From contig JAWUYT010000038.1 of assembly GCA_034110665.1 (NCBI GenBank), positions 9,803 to 73,802 of the forward strand: DNA of 64,000 bases, in the 5' to 3' direction. The notes under the pieces were generated by a model. It ran no database searches and was not told where the DNA came from. It saw only the letters and a list, made by a program, of their open reading frames with translations. A program made the translations under genes and the position numbers. The stretch comes from Polaribacter sp. Its GTDB lineage: Bacteria > Bacteroidota > Bacteroidia > Flavobacteriales > Flavobacteriaceae. This document shows positions 28,252-40,751 of this stretch, one piece after another; the first letter of the stretch is position 1, and each line of letters starts with the position of its first letter.

Positions 28252-29433
28252 TTATTTTAGTTGTTGAGCTGTCTTAATTTGCAGAGCAATCAAACCTAAA
28301 ATCGGTCCGATGGCTAAAATCATAAATATATATTTTGAGTATGAAGATAATTGTAAAGCAGTGATCAGCTGAATACTAATAATTGTAATGGAAAATCCAA
28401 TGCAATTAACGATTGTTAAAGCAGATCCTTTGTCTTTTAAAGGTGCATTTTGTGCAACTAATGTTGAGAAAAGAGGAGAATCTGCAATTACAACCATTCC
28501 CCAAAAAATTAAGAACACAATAAATAGATTTGAGCTTTGCAAGTTAAACATCAAAGGAGAAATAATACAACAAAAGCATGACAATACTAAAAAACTAAAA
28601 GCAGTTCTTTTAATTCCGAGTTTTTGAGAAATATATCCTGCTAAAACACAGGAAAAACTTCCTACAGCAATAATTGTAAAAGAGAGTGCAGGAATGTTAA
28701 AAACAGTATCTGAATGTAATTTTTGATACATCATCAATATAATAGGAACAAAAGTCCAAAATGTATATAATTCCCACATATGACCAAAATATCCAAAAGC
28801 AGCCTTTCTAAAATTCACATTTTTAAAGACTTGAAAACAACTTGACAAATTTAAATCTTTGCACGGTTTTCTATTGGGTCCGTCTTTCACAAAAACCAGC
28901 ATCAATAAACCTCCAAAAACGGATAAAGATGAAGTTGATATTAAAACACTTTTCCATGAATAATTAATGAGAATATCTTTTAATAAATGAGGCATAGCGG
29001 TACCTAAAACTAAAGCTCCGACTAAATAACCTAGCGATTTTCCTAATCCTTTTTTATAATAGTCAGTCGCTATTTTCATGCCTACAGGATAAATTCCTGC
29101 CAAGAAAAAGCCAGTTAAAAATCGAAAAACAATCAAACTAAATAACATTTGATTGTTAAAAACAATCCCTAAATTAAAAATTGCGCCTATAATTGCGCTT
29201 ATAAAAAACACCTTTGAAGGTGAAAAACGATCAGCAATTGTAAATAAAGCAAATAATAAGGTTCCAGAAATAAAGCCAAACTGAACAGCGGATGTTAGGT
29301 GACCTATTGCATCCTCCTGTAAACCATATGTTTCTACAATTTTACTCATCACACCATTTCCTGCAAACCATAAAGAAGTGCAACAAAATTGAGAAATAAC
29401 GATTACTGGAAGTATTGATTTAGAGTTTTTCAT
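28252..29433 (-). CDS. MFS transporter
   Basis: About 12 hydrophobic segments, IADRFS motif A, GHMWELY and ADSPLFS. Confidence 0.85.
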   Translation of the reverse strand: MKNSKSILPVIVISQFCCTSLWFAGNGVMSKIVETYGLQEDAIGHLTSAVQFGFISGTLLFALFTIADRFSPSKVFFISAIIGAIFNLGIVFNNQMLFSLIVFRFLTGFFLAGIYPVGMKIATDYYKKGLGKSLGYLVGALVLGTAMPHLLKDILINYSWKSVLISTSSLSVFGGLLMLVFVKDGPNRKPCKDLNLSSCFQVFKNVNFRKAAFGYFGHMWELYTFWTFVPIILMMYQKLHSDTVFNIPALSFTIIAVGSFSCVLAGYISQKLGIKRTAFSFLVLSCFCCIISPLMFNLQSSNLFIVFLIFWGMVVIADSPLFSTLVAQNAPLKDKGSALTIVNCIGFSITIISIQLITALQLSSYSKYIFMILAIGPILGLIALQIKTAQQLK

Positions 29434-29518
29434 TTATGAAAACGAAATTAATCAAAAAGAGATGAATAATCAGTTTAAATAATTCAACAACTACTTTAGT
29501 TTCTTTATATTTGAAAGG

Positions 29519-30376
29519 ATGAAAAAAGTCAAGATCATAGAATGTCCAAGAGACGCAATGCAAGGAATAAAATCTCATTTTATATCTACTGAAAAAAAAG
29601 CATTATATATCAATTCGTTATTAAACGTTGGGTTTGATACGATCGATTTTGGCAGTTTTGTGTCACCAAAAGCAATTCCGCAAATGCGAGATACAGCTGC
29701 TGTTTTGGGAAAATTAGATTTATCTAGAACAGAAAGTAAGCTTCTAGCAATCATAGCGAATGTAAGAGGTGCAAAAGACGCATCACAGTTTGAAGAAATT
29801 GATTATTTAGGGTATCCTTTTTCAATTTCAGAAAACTTTCAAATGCGCAACACCCATAAAACAATTGAAGAATCTATTAAAGCCTTAGATGAAATTTTAA
29901 ATATTGCTAATAGAACAAACAAAGAAGTTGTTGCGTATTTATCGATGGGTTTTGGTAATCCTTATGGAGATCCTTGGAATGAAGAAATTGTTGGGAATTG
30001 GACTGAAAAGTTATCTAATATGGGCGTAAAAATTTTATCGCTTTCAGACACTATTGGCAGTTCAACTCCAGAAGTAATTGACTATTTATTTTCAAATTTA
30101 ATTCCTAAATATCCAGCAATAGAATTTGGAGCACATTTACACACAACTCCAGATAAATGGCATGAAAAAGTAAATGCTGCTTATAAAGCGGGTTGTAATC
30201 GTTTTGATGGGGCTATTAAAGGGTATGGAGGTTGCCCAATGGCTAAAGATGAATTGACAGGAAATATGCCCACTGAAAAGTTATTAAGTTATTTTACAGC
30301 AGAAAAAGCCGATACAAATATAAAACCTATGAGTTTTGAAAGTGCTTATAATAAAGCTTTAGAGGTTTTTATATAA
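29519..30376 (+). CDS. Hydroxymethylglutaryl-CoA lyase
   Basis: ECPRDAMQG, SFVSPKAIPQM, AHLH and GGCPMA motifs. Confidence 0.9.
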   Translation: MKKVKIIECPRDAMQGIKSHFISTEKKALYINSLLNVGFDTIDFGSFVSPKAIPQMRDTAAVLGKLDLSRTESKLLAIIANVRGAKDASQFEEIDYLGYPFSISENFQMRNTHKTIEESIKALDEILNIANRTNKEVVAYLSMGFGNPYGDPWNEEIVGNWTEKLSNMGVKILSLSDTIGSSTPEVIDYLFSNLIPKYPAIEFGAHLHTTPDKWHEKVNAAYKAGCNRFDGAIKGYGGCPMAKDELTGNMPTEKLLSYFTAEKADTNIKPMSFESAYNKALEVFI

Positions 30377-30454
30377 ATTTAATTACAGTACTAAAAAATT
30401 AAAGTAAATTGAACATTCAACCTTTATATCATTTAATTTTCAAATAAATCAGGA

Positions 30455-31957
30455 ATGAAAATCACAAAATCACTTTTATATATTTTATCAATTATATTGT
30501 TTTTCTCATGTAAACAAGAGGATGGGAAAATTGATTTCACTTTCTTACAGATAAATGACGTCTATGAAATTGCACCTATTCAAGGAGGCCAATTTGGTGG
30601 AATGGCAAGAGTAGAAAAGGTACATCAAGAACTTTTAAAGGAAAATAAGAACACTATGCTTTTTATGGCTGGCGATTTTTTAAATCCGTCTTTGATAGGA
30701 ACTTTAAAGATTGATGGAGAACGAGTTCGTGGCAAACAGATGATAGATGTCATGAATGCTATGAATTTTGATTTGGTAGCTTTTGGTAATCACGAGTTTG
30801 ATATTCCTCAAAAAGATTTGCAAAAACGTTTAAATGAAAGTAATTTCCCTTGGATTTCTTCGAATGTAAAACTCAAAACCACAGAGAAAATAAGACTTTT
30901 TTTTAAAGAAAAAGAAGGAAGGAAAATTCCTTTAGAAGAAACGTTTATCAAAGAATTTTCTGATGAAGATGGTACCACCATTAAAGTTGGTTTTATTAGT
31001 GTTTGTATTCCTTCTAACCCAAAAGAATTTGTAGCGTATGGAAATATGTTTGTAAAAGCAAGAGCTTCTTATGCTGCTATTAAGGATTCTGTTGATGTTG
31101 TTTTTGGATTGACACATGTTAAAATAGCAAATGATAAAAGAATTGCAAAGCTAATTCCCAATTTGCCTTTAATAATGGGAGGACATGAACACACAAATTC
31201 ATATCATAAAATAGGAAATGTAATTATTACGAAGGCGGATGCAAATGCTAAAACAGCTTATATTCACAGAATTTCGTTTGATAAAAAGACAAAAAAAGCA
31301 ATTGTAACATCCGAGTTAAGAGAAATAAATGCATCCATAGAAGCAGATGAAAAAGTTGATAAAATTGTTAAAAAATGGCAAACTATTCTTCGCTCAAAAA
31401 TTAAAGAAATTATAACAAATCCTGACGAAATAATTTATACTGCAAAAATTCCTTTAGATGGAAGAGATACACCAATTAGAAGCATTCAAACTAATTTAGG
31501 AGAGATTATTACAAAATCGATGTCTTTTGCCTTTGATGATGCAGTGGATTGCGCTCTTTTAAACGGCGGTTCAATAAGAATTGATGATAAGTTATCTGGT
31601 GCCATTAATGCTGTTGATATTTTTAGAGTGTTGCCTTATGGAGGTGCTGTTTTAAAAGTAGAAATTAAAGGAAGGTTACTAAAACGGGTTTTAGATTATG
31701 GGATTTTAGCTAAAGGAACAGGAGCGTATTTACAACGTTTTAATGCAGAAAAAGTAGGGGAGAAGTGGATGATTAAAAACAAAGAATTAAATATTAAAAA
31801 AACGTATACAGTTGCTTTTTCGGATTATTTGTTAAAAGGTTTTGATATTCCTTTTTTATCTTCAGAAAATAAAGAGGTTCTTTCGGTCTATAAACCTGCA
31901 ATAAACGAATTAGCTTTTGATATTAGAAAAGCGGTTGTAGCCTATTTAAAAAAGTAA
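30455..31957 (+). CDS. Bifunctional UDP-sugar hydrolase / 5'-nucleotidase lipoprotein
   Basis: Lipobox FFSC, NDVYE, AGDF, GNHEFD, GGHEH and NGGSIR motifs. Confidence 0.87.
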   Translation: MKITKSLLYILSIILFFSCKQEDGKIDFTFLQINDVYEIAPIQGGQFGGMARVEKVHQELLKENKNTMLFMAGDFLNPSLIGTLKIDGERVRGKQMIDVMNAMNFDLVAFGNHEFDIPQKDLQKRLNESNFPWISSNVKLKTTEKIRLFFKEKEGRKIPLEETFIKEFSDEDGTTIKVGFISVCIPSNPKEFVAYGNMFVKARASYAAIKDSVDVVFGLTHVKIANDKRIAKLIPNLPLIMGGHEHTNSYHKIGNVIITKADANAKTAYIHRISFDKKTKKAIVTSELREINASIEADEKVDKIVKKWQTILRSKIKEIITNPDEIIYTAKIPLDGRDTPIRSIQTNLGEIITKSMSFAFDDAVDCALLNGGSIRIDDKLSGAINAVDIFRVLPYGGAVLKVEIKGRLLKRVLDYGILAKGTGAYLQRFNAEKVGEKWMIKNKELNIKKTYTVAFSDYLLKGFDIPFLSSENKEVLSVYKPAINELAFDIRKAVVAYLKK

Positions 31958-31960
31958 TAT

Positions 31961-34065
31961 TTATTCTTTTTATAATGCTAAAGGAAATTTTTTTTCTCTA
32001 AAAAAGCAATAAATTCTGGCGTTTTTCTATGCAGATTCATCTCTGGTCTGCTATTAGGAAAACTAGCACTTATTATACTGATATCAACATTTTTCAAGAA
32101 ATAATGCAAAGAATCTTTTTTATTTAAAAATGGCATACGCCAATACTTTAGAAGCATCAGTAATTTTAGACATTACTGGGTATTTTTTTGGTATCTTTTA
32201 ATTTTGCATACAAAAAAGTTTTTCTGAAATAATGTCTATCTCTTGGCAAACTATCTTCCAGAATTACTTTCGCTTTTTGTAAGTTGTTTTGAAAGTAATA
32301 TTGACTAAATTGATGAACCAAACGTACATCCTTTCTAATCAATTTTTTATATTTTTTAGATGCTGCTAATAATTCTGCTTCTTTAAATTCACCACTTTCT
32401 AGAAGCACTTAATTCAACTCTAAAATATGGTTAGTTGTCGTCGAATCTAATTCATAATCCTTTTTCCTTAATTGTAAGTAGCTTTCTTGATCGTTATAAA
32501 CACCATCATATAAACCTGCTAATTTATAGGTAAAATGAGTGTTGTTTTCTAGATGTTTTTTGAACGCTTCTTCATAAATCTTAATGGGTTCTTTTGGACT
32601 TTCCTCTTGATTTTTTTTAGCTTTTTCGCCTACCAGAATCATTGTTATATGTTTTATATTAGAACTAGAAAACCCTTCTTTTTTTTGTGCATAAAAATTT
32701 TCCGATTTTTCGTATTGTTTAGCTTTTATAAGAAGCATAACACATACACACTTTGGGATTGAGTAAAAAAAGAATTTAAAATTAATGCTTTTTACTGTAA
32801 AAAAGTGATAAACTATCTTTCTTTAGAAAGCCATAATAGGCTGCTGTATTATTATGAACATTAGCGTTACTCGGGTTTGTTTTATTGCTTTTTCGAAATA
32901 TGTAAAATGCTTCTTTTTTATTTTTAGCACTACCAACTAGCATAATTCCTTTTTATGAATTTTCTATGGATAAGTTCAAATTTAATCCTAAAGCTTTATC
33001 AATGTTTTCTGTCATTAATGCAATTCTTTTACTTAATTTTAATTCTTCATAACCCATCATGTGCGTAAAACCTAATTCGGCATAAGCATCTACAAATCTA
33101 GAATGTAATTCGATTGCTTCTTTAAAAAATTCACGAGCTATCTTTGCATTAAGTACACCTCCTTTGTCTTTAAAAGTTCTTCCTTTAGCCAAGGTCTTGT
33201 AAACTTTTATATTTTGAGGAGGAAACTCATTTAATATTTTTTCTTTTTTTGGGCTAATGAATATTTTAAGTTGTTTCACTATTTTTTTAGAAACATCTCC
33301 TTGCACCTTAAAAACATCTTTTAATTTTTCGTTATACTTTTCTGCTCAAACCTTGTCATTAGCATTAATGAGCGGAGTAGTAATTAAAACGTTATCCTTT
33401 TGTTTTCTAACACTAACTTCAACCAGATAAGAAACTCCCGATTTTGCCGCAATTGATGGGATAGATTTAGTGGTATTTTATAACGCTCTGTAGATGTTCT
33501 AGAAATTACTCTCAGTCTTTTAATTTTAGATAAATGCGATAAAATGCTTTTGTAACTTCATCACAAAACCATTCTGTATCTTTTTTAGCACTCATGTCAT
33601 CAAAAGGCAAAACAGCAATAGCATATTCAAGATAATCGCTATCATAAATGTAATCAGAGCTTGATTTTAAAATTGTAATTACAATGATGGAAATAGTAAC
33701 ATCTAGAATTAAAATGTTTAGTCTTTTGTCTGTTACTTCTGTTATAGAGGTATCTTTATGTATCTGTTATAGAGGTATCTTTATGTATCTGTTATAGAGG
33801 TATCTTTATGTATCTGTTATAGAGGTATCTTTATGTATCTGTTTTCTTTATACCTTCTGGCGTAATTATATACTCAAAGAGAGGATAATTTAAATAGGAA
33901 ACGCCAACGCAAGAAAAAAGGTAAAAATTTTAAATACCCAATCTGGTGCATTAATAATTGGTAAAACAAGCGATACGACTTGTAATAAATACCAAGCAGC
34001 AACCATATAAACAATAGTAGCTTTTATGACGTTCTACGTTTTAATTCATAAAATAAATTAGACAT
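31961..34065 (-). pseudogene. Decayed membrane protein with TolB-like and TPR regions
   Basis: Start MSNLFYELKRR.., YMVAAWYLLQVV..PDW, IAVLPFDDMS, and TPR-like AREFFKEAIELHSRFVDAYAELG. Many frameshifts and stops; ORF-track fragments 32166-32408, 32409-32738 and 32953-33306 belong to it. Confidence 0.8.
33738..33843. repeat. Perfect 25-bp tandem repeat, 4.2 copies (VNTR)
   Basis: TCTGTTATAGAGGTATCTTTATGTA starting at 33738, 33763, 33788 and 33813, plus a partial TCTGTT. Confidence 0.95.
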
Positions 34066-34130
34066 TTGTTTGCAGTTTTATCAAATAGAAACAAAAAATG
34101 TAAGGTTTTGATAATCATCTTTTTTAAATA

Positions 34131-34160
34131 AAAAAAGCCTCACATTTTGTGAGGCTTTTT
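34131..34160 (-). terminator. Intrinsic terminator of the DEAD-box helicase gene
   Basis: AAAAAAGCCTCACA-TTT-TGTGAGGCTTTTT. Confidence 0.8.
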
Positions 34161-34179
34161 ACTTGTAAGTTTATTCGTT

Positions 34180-36012
34180 TTATGAATCTCTACGTTTTCT
34201 TCCGAAACCACCAGAGGCTCTTTTTTCCCCGCTAGAACTTCTTTCAGATCTTTCTGGTCTATCAGAAGAACGTTTGTCTGATCTTCCTCTACCAGAATCG
34301 CTACTTCTTGAAGAAGAACCCTCAGGCCCTCTACGTCTTCCAAAACCGCCACCATCTTTTTTGCCAAATGGTTTTTTAGCTCCTCTTCGTCCACCACCAG
34401 AACGCTCTTTTTTGGTAATCTCTATGTTTACAGAGCGACCATCAAAATCTGGTTGATTAGAAGAAAAAGCTTCTAGTGTTTTGTCTTCAAAATCTTTATC
34501 AAGCTCAAAGAAAGAAAAAGTATCTAAAATATCTATAGCACCAATTTCAATTTTATCTCCAATATTTTGGTCGTTAATTAAACCAATTAATTTAGCAGGA
34601 TTTAAATTGTCTTTTCTACCAATGTTGATAAAAAAACGTGTCATATTATCATTTACTGTTCGTGCTCTAGAGTTTTCTCTTGATGATAAATCGTTTAGAT
34701 CTTTAGAATTTTCATAGTATGCTAACATAGTATTAAACTCTAAAGAAACAAATTTTTGAATGAGTTCTTCTCTGTCTAAATCTTTTAGTTTTTCATAAAT
34801 ACTTGGTAAAAATTCCTTGATTTCAGAATCATTTACTTCTGTGTTTTGAACCTTATCAATTAAATTCATTAATTGATTCTGAACAATTTCTTTTCCTGTA
34901 GGAACTTTAGCCTCTACAAATTTCTTTTGAATTATTTTTTCGATTTGGCGTAATTTTCCTTTCTCTTTTCCATTCACTAAAACTATAGAAATCCCTTTGT
35001 TTCCAGCTCTACCGGTTCTACCACTTCTATGTGTGTAGTTTTCTATTTGATCTGGTAATTTATGATTTAATACGTGTGTTAATTCAGTAACATCCAATCC
35101 ACGAGCAGCAACGTCAGTAGCAACTAATATTTGAATTGTTTTTTTTCTGAATTTACCCATTACTGAATCTCTCTGTTGTTGAGATAAATCTCCATGCAAA
35201 GCATCGGCACTATAACCGTCTTTAATCAAGTTATCTGCAACTTCTTGGGTTTCTCTTCGTGTTCTACAAAAGATAATTGCGTAAATATTAGGGTTTAAAT
35301 CGGCAATTCTTTTTAAAGCAGGATAACGTGTTCTTTCTGTCACTGAATAATACTCATGACTTACATTATCTGCTCCTTGATTCTTTTGACCAGAAGTAAT
35401 TTCTACTGGTTTGGTCATGTAATTTCTTGCAATAGCTTCTACTTCTCTTGGAAAAGTTGCAGAAAACAACAAGGTTTGTTTAGTTTCTGGAGTCGCTTCT
35501 AAAACTTTATCAAGTTCTTCTTTAAAACCCATGTTTAACATTTCATCGGCTTCGTCCAAGACTAACCATTCAACGTTTCCTAATTTTAAAGCCCTCCTTT
35601 TAATTAAATCTACAGTTCTACCTGGAGTTCCAACTACAATTTGAGATCCTCTTTTTAAAGCTCTAATTTGATCTTCCATACTGGAGCCACCATAAACAGT
35701 AGTTACTCTTACGTCTGGTAAATATTTACAAAAGTCTTTTATATTATTCCCAATTTGTACCGCTAATTCTCTTGTTGGAGATAATATAATGGCTTGTACA
35801 TTATTGCTATTGGTATCTAAAAGTTGTAATATAGGTAAACTAAAAGCAGCAGTTTTACCCGTACCTGTTTGTGCAAATGCTTTTAAATCATCTGTAGATG
35901 CAATGATTTGTGGTATTGCTTTTTCTTGAATAACGGTAGGTTTCTCATAACCTAAATCCGTCAATGCTTTGTTGATAGGTTCTTTTAAACCTAATTCTAA
36001 AAATGTTGACAT
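34180..36012 (-). CDS. deaD: DEAD-box RNA helicase (DeaD/CsdA type)
   Basis: AQTGTGKT, PTRELA, DEAD, SAT and HRSGRTGR motifs; DbpA-like RNA-binding domain; R/G/S-rich tail. Confidence 0.88.
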   Translation of the reverse strand: MSTFLELGLKEPINKALTDLGYEKPTVIQEKAIPQIIASTDDLKAFAQTGTGKTAAFSLPILQLLDTNSNNVQAIILSPTRELAVQIGNNIKDFCKYLPDVRVTTVYGGSSMEDQIRALKRGSQIVVGTPGRTVDLIKRRALKLGNVEWLVLDEADEMLNMGFKEELDKVLEATPETKQTLLFSATFPREVEAIARNYMTKPVEITSGQKNQGADNVSHEYYSVTERTRYPALKRIADLNPNIYAIIFCRTRRETQEVADNLIKDGYSADALHGDLSQQQRDSVMGKFRKKTIQILVATDVAARGLDVTELTHVLNHKLPDQIENYTHRSGRTGRAGNKGISIVLVNGKEKGKLRQIEKIIQKKFVEAKVPTGKEIVQNQLMNLIDKVQNTEVNDSEIKEFLPSIYEKLKDLDREELIQKFVSLEFNTMLAYYENSKDLNDLSSRENSRARTVNDNMTRFFINIGRKDNLNPAKLIGLINDQNIGDKIEIGAIDILDTFSFFELDKDFEDKTLEAFSSNQPDFDGRSVNIEITKKERSGGGRRGAKKPFGKKDGGGFGRRRGPEGSSSRSSDSGRGRSDKRSSDRPERSERSSSGEKRASGGFGRKRRDS

Positions 36013-36026
36013 TACTGTGTTTTTTT

Positions 36027-36116
36027 GGATTCACAGAACGCCCTTCTGCAAACCCGTTAATAATTTGGACTGGTTTTAATTGAGTTTATACTCGTTTTTA
36101 AAACCGTGCAAAGGTA
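36027..36116 (-). promoter_or_regulatory. Promoter and structured 5' leader of deaD
   Basis: -7 TACCTTTG (36116-36109); hairpins at 36072-36105 and 36027-36055. Confidence 0.55.
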
Positions 36117-36154
36117 CATCAAAATTTACAAATAATGAATAATCATTAGTTTAA

Positions 36155-37546
36155 TTACTGTTTGTCCAATTTTTTAAGAAATGGATTCAAATTATAAGAA
36201 GAAATAGATGCAAACCCATTGACAACCTTACCATTTCTATCGATTAAAATAGAACGAGGCATTTTACTACTTAAAAAATGGTGTGCATTACTTTTTTCAT
36301 CAAGATAAAATTGAGTTTTAATATCTAAATTTTTAATTCCATCATTTTTACCTCCATCAATTTTTATTTCAATAAACTTAATATTCGGATATGTTTTGGC
36401 CAAATACTTAAATCTAGAAGCCATATAATTTTCAGAAACAAACTCTGGACTCCAAAAAAACAAGAAAGCATTTTTATATTTTATAATTTCTGAAATAGAA
36501 TGCTTCGCATTTGTGTAATCCGTAATTTTAAAATCAGGTAATTTTTCGCTCATTACAACTGCTTTTGAATCACTAACTAAATTTTTAATAAGTTCTAAAT
36601 CTTTATCATTCGTTGATAACTTGAAAAAAGCATCGAAAGCTTCATAATTAATGTTACAGCTAGATTTATTATAAAAATGACTAATTACTGTTTGTTTTAA
36701 AAAAGCGTTTTTAGATTTTTTTGAAGTTATTTTTTCATCAATTCTGTGCATTAAATCTAAAGTAAATTTAGAAGAATATTCACTTTTCATGGGAGCATGA
36801 CCTAAAGCATACGTTTCATTGTATAAATAATTCCTAATATACTGAGAGTAGGGCGGATAATACATTAAATGACCTTTGTTAATTTGTATGTCATTTCTAT
36901 AATTGTAAAAAGAGCTATCCATAGTGGGAAAACTACCATTTTCAGAATATTTTGCATAAATCATAGGATATTTCTCAATTCTAGCAAATGTTGGATAGGT
37001 TAAAGTGATTTTTAAAATTTCATTAAAATCACTTGTTTCCTCTGGGTGATTTATAACATAATCATTATAAGTCTCCAATTTTAATAACATTAACGAGTCA
37101 ACTTTTGCTTTGAAGACATTTGATTCGGATTTATTAAATTTATAAAAGAGTTTTCTTTCTTTTTCATTCTCTAGGAAACAATCAACCAAAATATTATTTC
37201 TTTCAGCTCCTTTGCCAGCAAAAACCAGAGATTCATCAAAATCCCAGGTATTTAGGCGCAACATTAAGCTGTCTTCTGGTTCCAAATATATATGTTGATT
37301 TTCGTCACCATGAATAAAATAGTACAAGCCTTCGTTAACAATATTAACTTTACCAATAAATTTATTTCTTGTATTTAGTAGAAAAGTATCAATTACTTTG
37401 TCCATGGAATACAAAATAACATGGTTTGTTTTAGGATTTATAATTTTACCCCCAAAATAGGTTGTTGTTTCTTTCTTTACTGAATTACAGCTAATTAAGA
37501 TGGTTAAAAAAAGAATTTGCAGGAAAATATTTATTTTTTTTGTCAT
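36155..37546 (-). CDS. Lipoprotein with C-terminal TlpA/thioredoxin-like fold lacking CxxC
   Basis: Lipobox LISC; LPDFKITD, FLFFWSPE and MPRSILIDRNGKV motifs. Confidence 0.7.
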   Translation of the reverse strand: MTKKINIFLQILFLTILISCNSVKKETTTYFGGKIINPKTNHVILYSMDKVIDTFLLNTRNKFIGKVNIVNEGLYYFIHGDENQHIYLEPEDSLMLRLNTWDFDESLVFAGKGAERNNILVDCFLENEKERKLFYKFNKSESNVFKAKVDSLMLLKLETYNDYVINHPEETSDFNEILKITLTYPTFARIEKYPMIYAKYSENGSFPTMDSSFYNYRNDIQINKGHLMYYPPYSQYIRNYLYNETYALGHAPMKSEYSSKFTLDLMHRIDEKITSKKSKNAFLKQTVISHFYNKSSCNINYEAFDAFFKLSTNDKDLELIKNLVSDSKAVVMSEKLPDFKITDYTNAKHSISEIIKYKNAFLFFWSPEFVSENYMASRFKYLAKTYPNIKFIEIKIDGGKNDGIKNLDIKTQFYLDEKSNAHHFLSSKMPRSILIDRNGKVVNGFASISSYNLNPFLKKLDKQ

Positions 37547-37722
37547 TTAAAATACATAATAAGACTTATCACAAATTTAGTTATTCAATACTATTACAGT
37601 TGTTAATACCCTGTTAAAAATAAATGAGTGTATATTTTGTAATTTGATTGACTTTTTTATGAAATGCATTCAAAATCTAACTAAAAAAGAAAAATCAATT
37701 TACTACTTTTGCACAAATTTAA

Positions 37723-39351
<1,629 letters not shown>

Positions 39352-39401
39352 AAAAAAGGTAAAGACTTTAATTTTACGATTTACACAAAAGTATTTAAAA
39401 T

Positions 39402-39438
39402 AAAAATCCTTCAAGTTTAGAAACTTGAAGGATTTTTT
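39402..39438 (+). terminator. Intrinsic terminator after the ABC-F gene
   Basis: AAAAATCCTTCAAGTTT-AG-AAACTTGAAGGATTTTTT. Confidence 0.8.
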
Positions 39439-39711
39439 ACAATTGTACTAAAACCAGTTTAATGATTAAAACCATTAGTGTCCGGTTAAAAATATTTTTA
39501 GTTTGTTAATCCCTAATAAAATAATAGATTTTGCGAATTTTGTAAGTAACACTTTACTTTTTTAGAAATAATTTTATCAAAATAAAGTAGACAATTTTAT
39601 TTTAAGTTATAGTTGTTTGTTAGATATTTACGGTTAAGTTTTGGTTCTTTCTTCTTAGTTTTAAAAGGGAAGCAATCATAAATCTTTTATCTGAAAAGCA
39701 TGGATTAAAAA

Positions 39712-40650
39712 TTACTTTTTAATTGGACTAATAATTTTTACATCAGAAAAAGAAATAGCACCTCTAACGACCCCATCTATTGTCTTTTTTAACGCTTCAA
39801 TTAATTGCATTTTTAATTGAGATTTATGATAAATTAAACTCACTTCTCTAGCAGGTGGTGGATTTATAAATCCGCGTAAATACTTTGTATCATTTTCATT
39901 TAAATCTAACGTATGTAAATAGGGTAGAAGCGTCATTCCTAAACCTTCTTTAGAGAGTTTAATTAAGGTATCAAAACTACCACTTTGTAATTGAAAACCT
40001 TTTTTGTTGTCAATTTTATGAGTGCTGCATAAATTAAGAACACTGTCTTTAAAACAGTGGCCATCTTCTAGCAACAAAATATCTTCCATTTCTAATTCGC
40101 CAGCAGAAATTTGTTTGTTTTTAAAAAGTCTATGATTTTCAGGAATTAAACCAACAAAAGGTTCATAATATAAAGGCCTCTCTTTAATCGCTTCATTTTC
40201 TAAAGGTGTAGCTGCAATTGCGACATCTATATGACCATCTGTTAATTTTCTGACGATTTCTTCTGTCGTTAATTCTTCAATAATTAATTTTACTTTAGGA
40301 TATTTTTTTGTGAAATTATTTAGAAACATCGGTAATAAAGTAGGCATAATTGTAGGAATAATTCCCAATCTGAATTCGCCTCCAATAAACCCTTTTTGTT
40401 GATGTACAATATCTAAAATCCTGTTACTTTCATCAACAATTACTTTCGCTTGTTGTACTATTTTTCGTCCTATTTCAGTTAGTTCGATAGGCTTTTTAGA
40501 TCTATTAAATATTTTAATATCTAGTTCATCTTCTAGTTTTTGAATTTGCATGCTCAAGGTTGGCTGTGTTACAAAACAGTGCTCTGCAGCTACCGTAAAG
40601 TTTTGATATTCGGCTACAGATAAGACGTATTTTAATTGAGTAATTGTCAT
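39712..40650 (-). CDS. oxyR: Hydrogen peroxide-inducible LysR regulator
   Basis: LysR HTH (VTQPTLSMQI), EDGHCFKD...LC redox Cys pair; divergent from dps; start MTITQL. Confidence 0.9.
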   Translation of the reverse strand: MTITQLKYVLSVAEYQNFTVAAEHCFVTQPTLSMQIQKLEDELDIKIFNRSKKPIELTEIGRKIVQQAKVIVDESNRILDIVHQQKGFIGGEFRLGIIPTIMPTLLPMFLNNFTKKYPKVKLIIEELTTEEIVRKLTDGHIDVAIAATPLENEAIKERPLYYEPFVGLIPENHRLFKNKQISAGELEMEDILLLEDGHCFKDSVLNLCSTHKIDNKKGFQLQSGSFDTLIKLSKEGLGMTLLPYLHTLDLNENDTKYLRGFINPPPAREVSLIYHKSQLKMQLIEALKKTIDGVVRGAISFSDVKIISPIKK

Positions 40651-40751
40651 TTGAATAAGGAATTTTGATAAAGATATTAAAACTATCAATATTAATTATG
40701 GTTTATCTTTATTATTTTACTGTAATTTTGAATTAAATAAAAACTATAAAA

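Noticed and set aside
33738-33843. CRISPR interpretation of the 25-bp repeat
   Set aside because: Head-to-tail units with no spacers.
34140-34397. 85-aa alternative-frame ORF in the deaD tail
   Set aside because: By-product of the low-complexity R/G/S tail; runs into the terminator.
39440-39710. Possible MITE remnant (also 53320-53460)
   Set aside because: No terminal inverted repeats, target duplication or second copy that I can demonstrate in this window.
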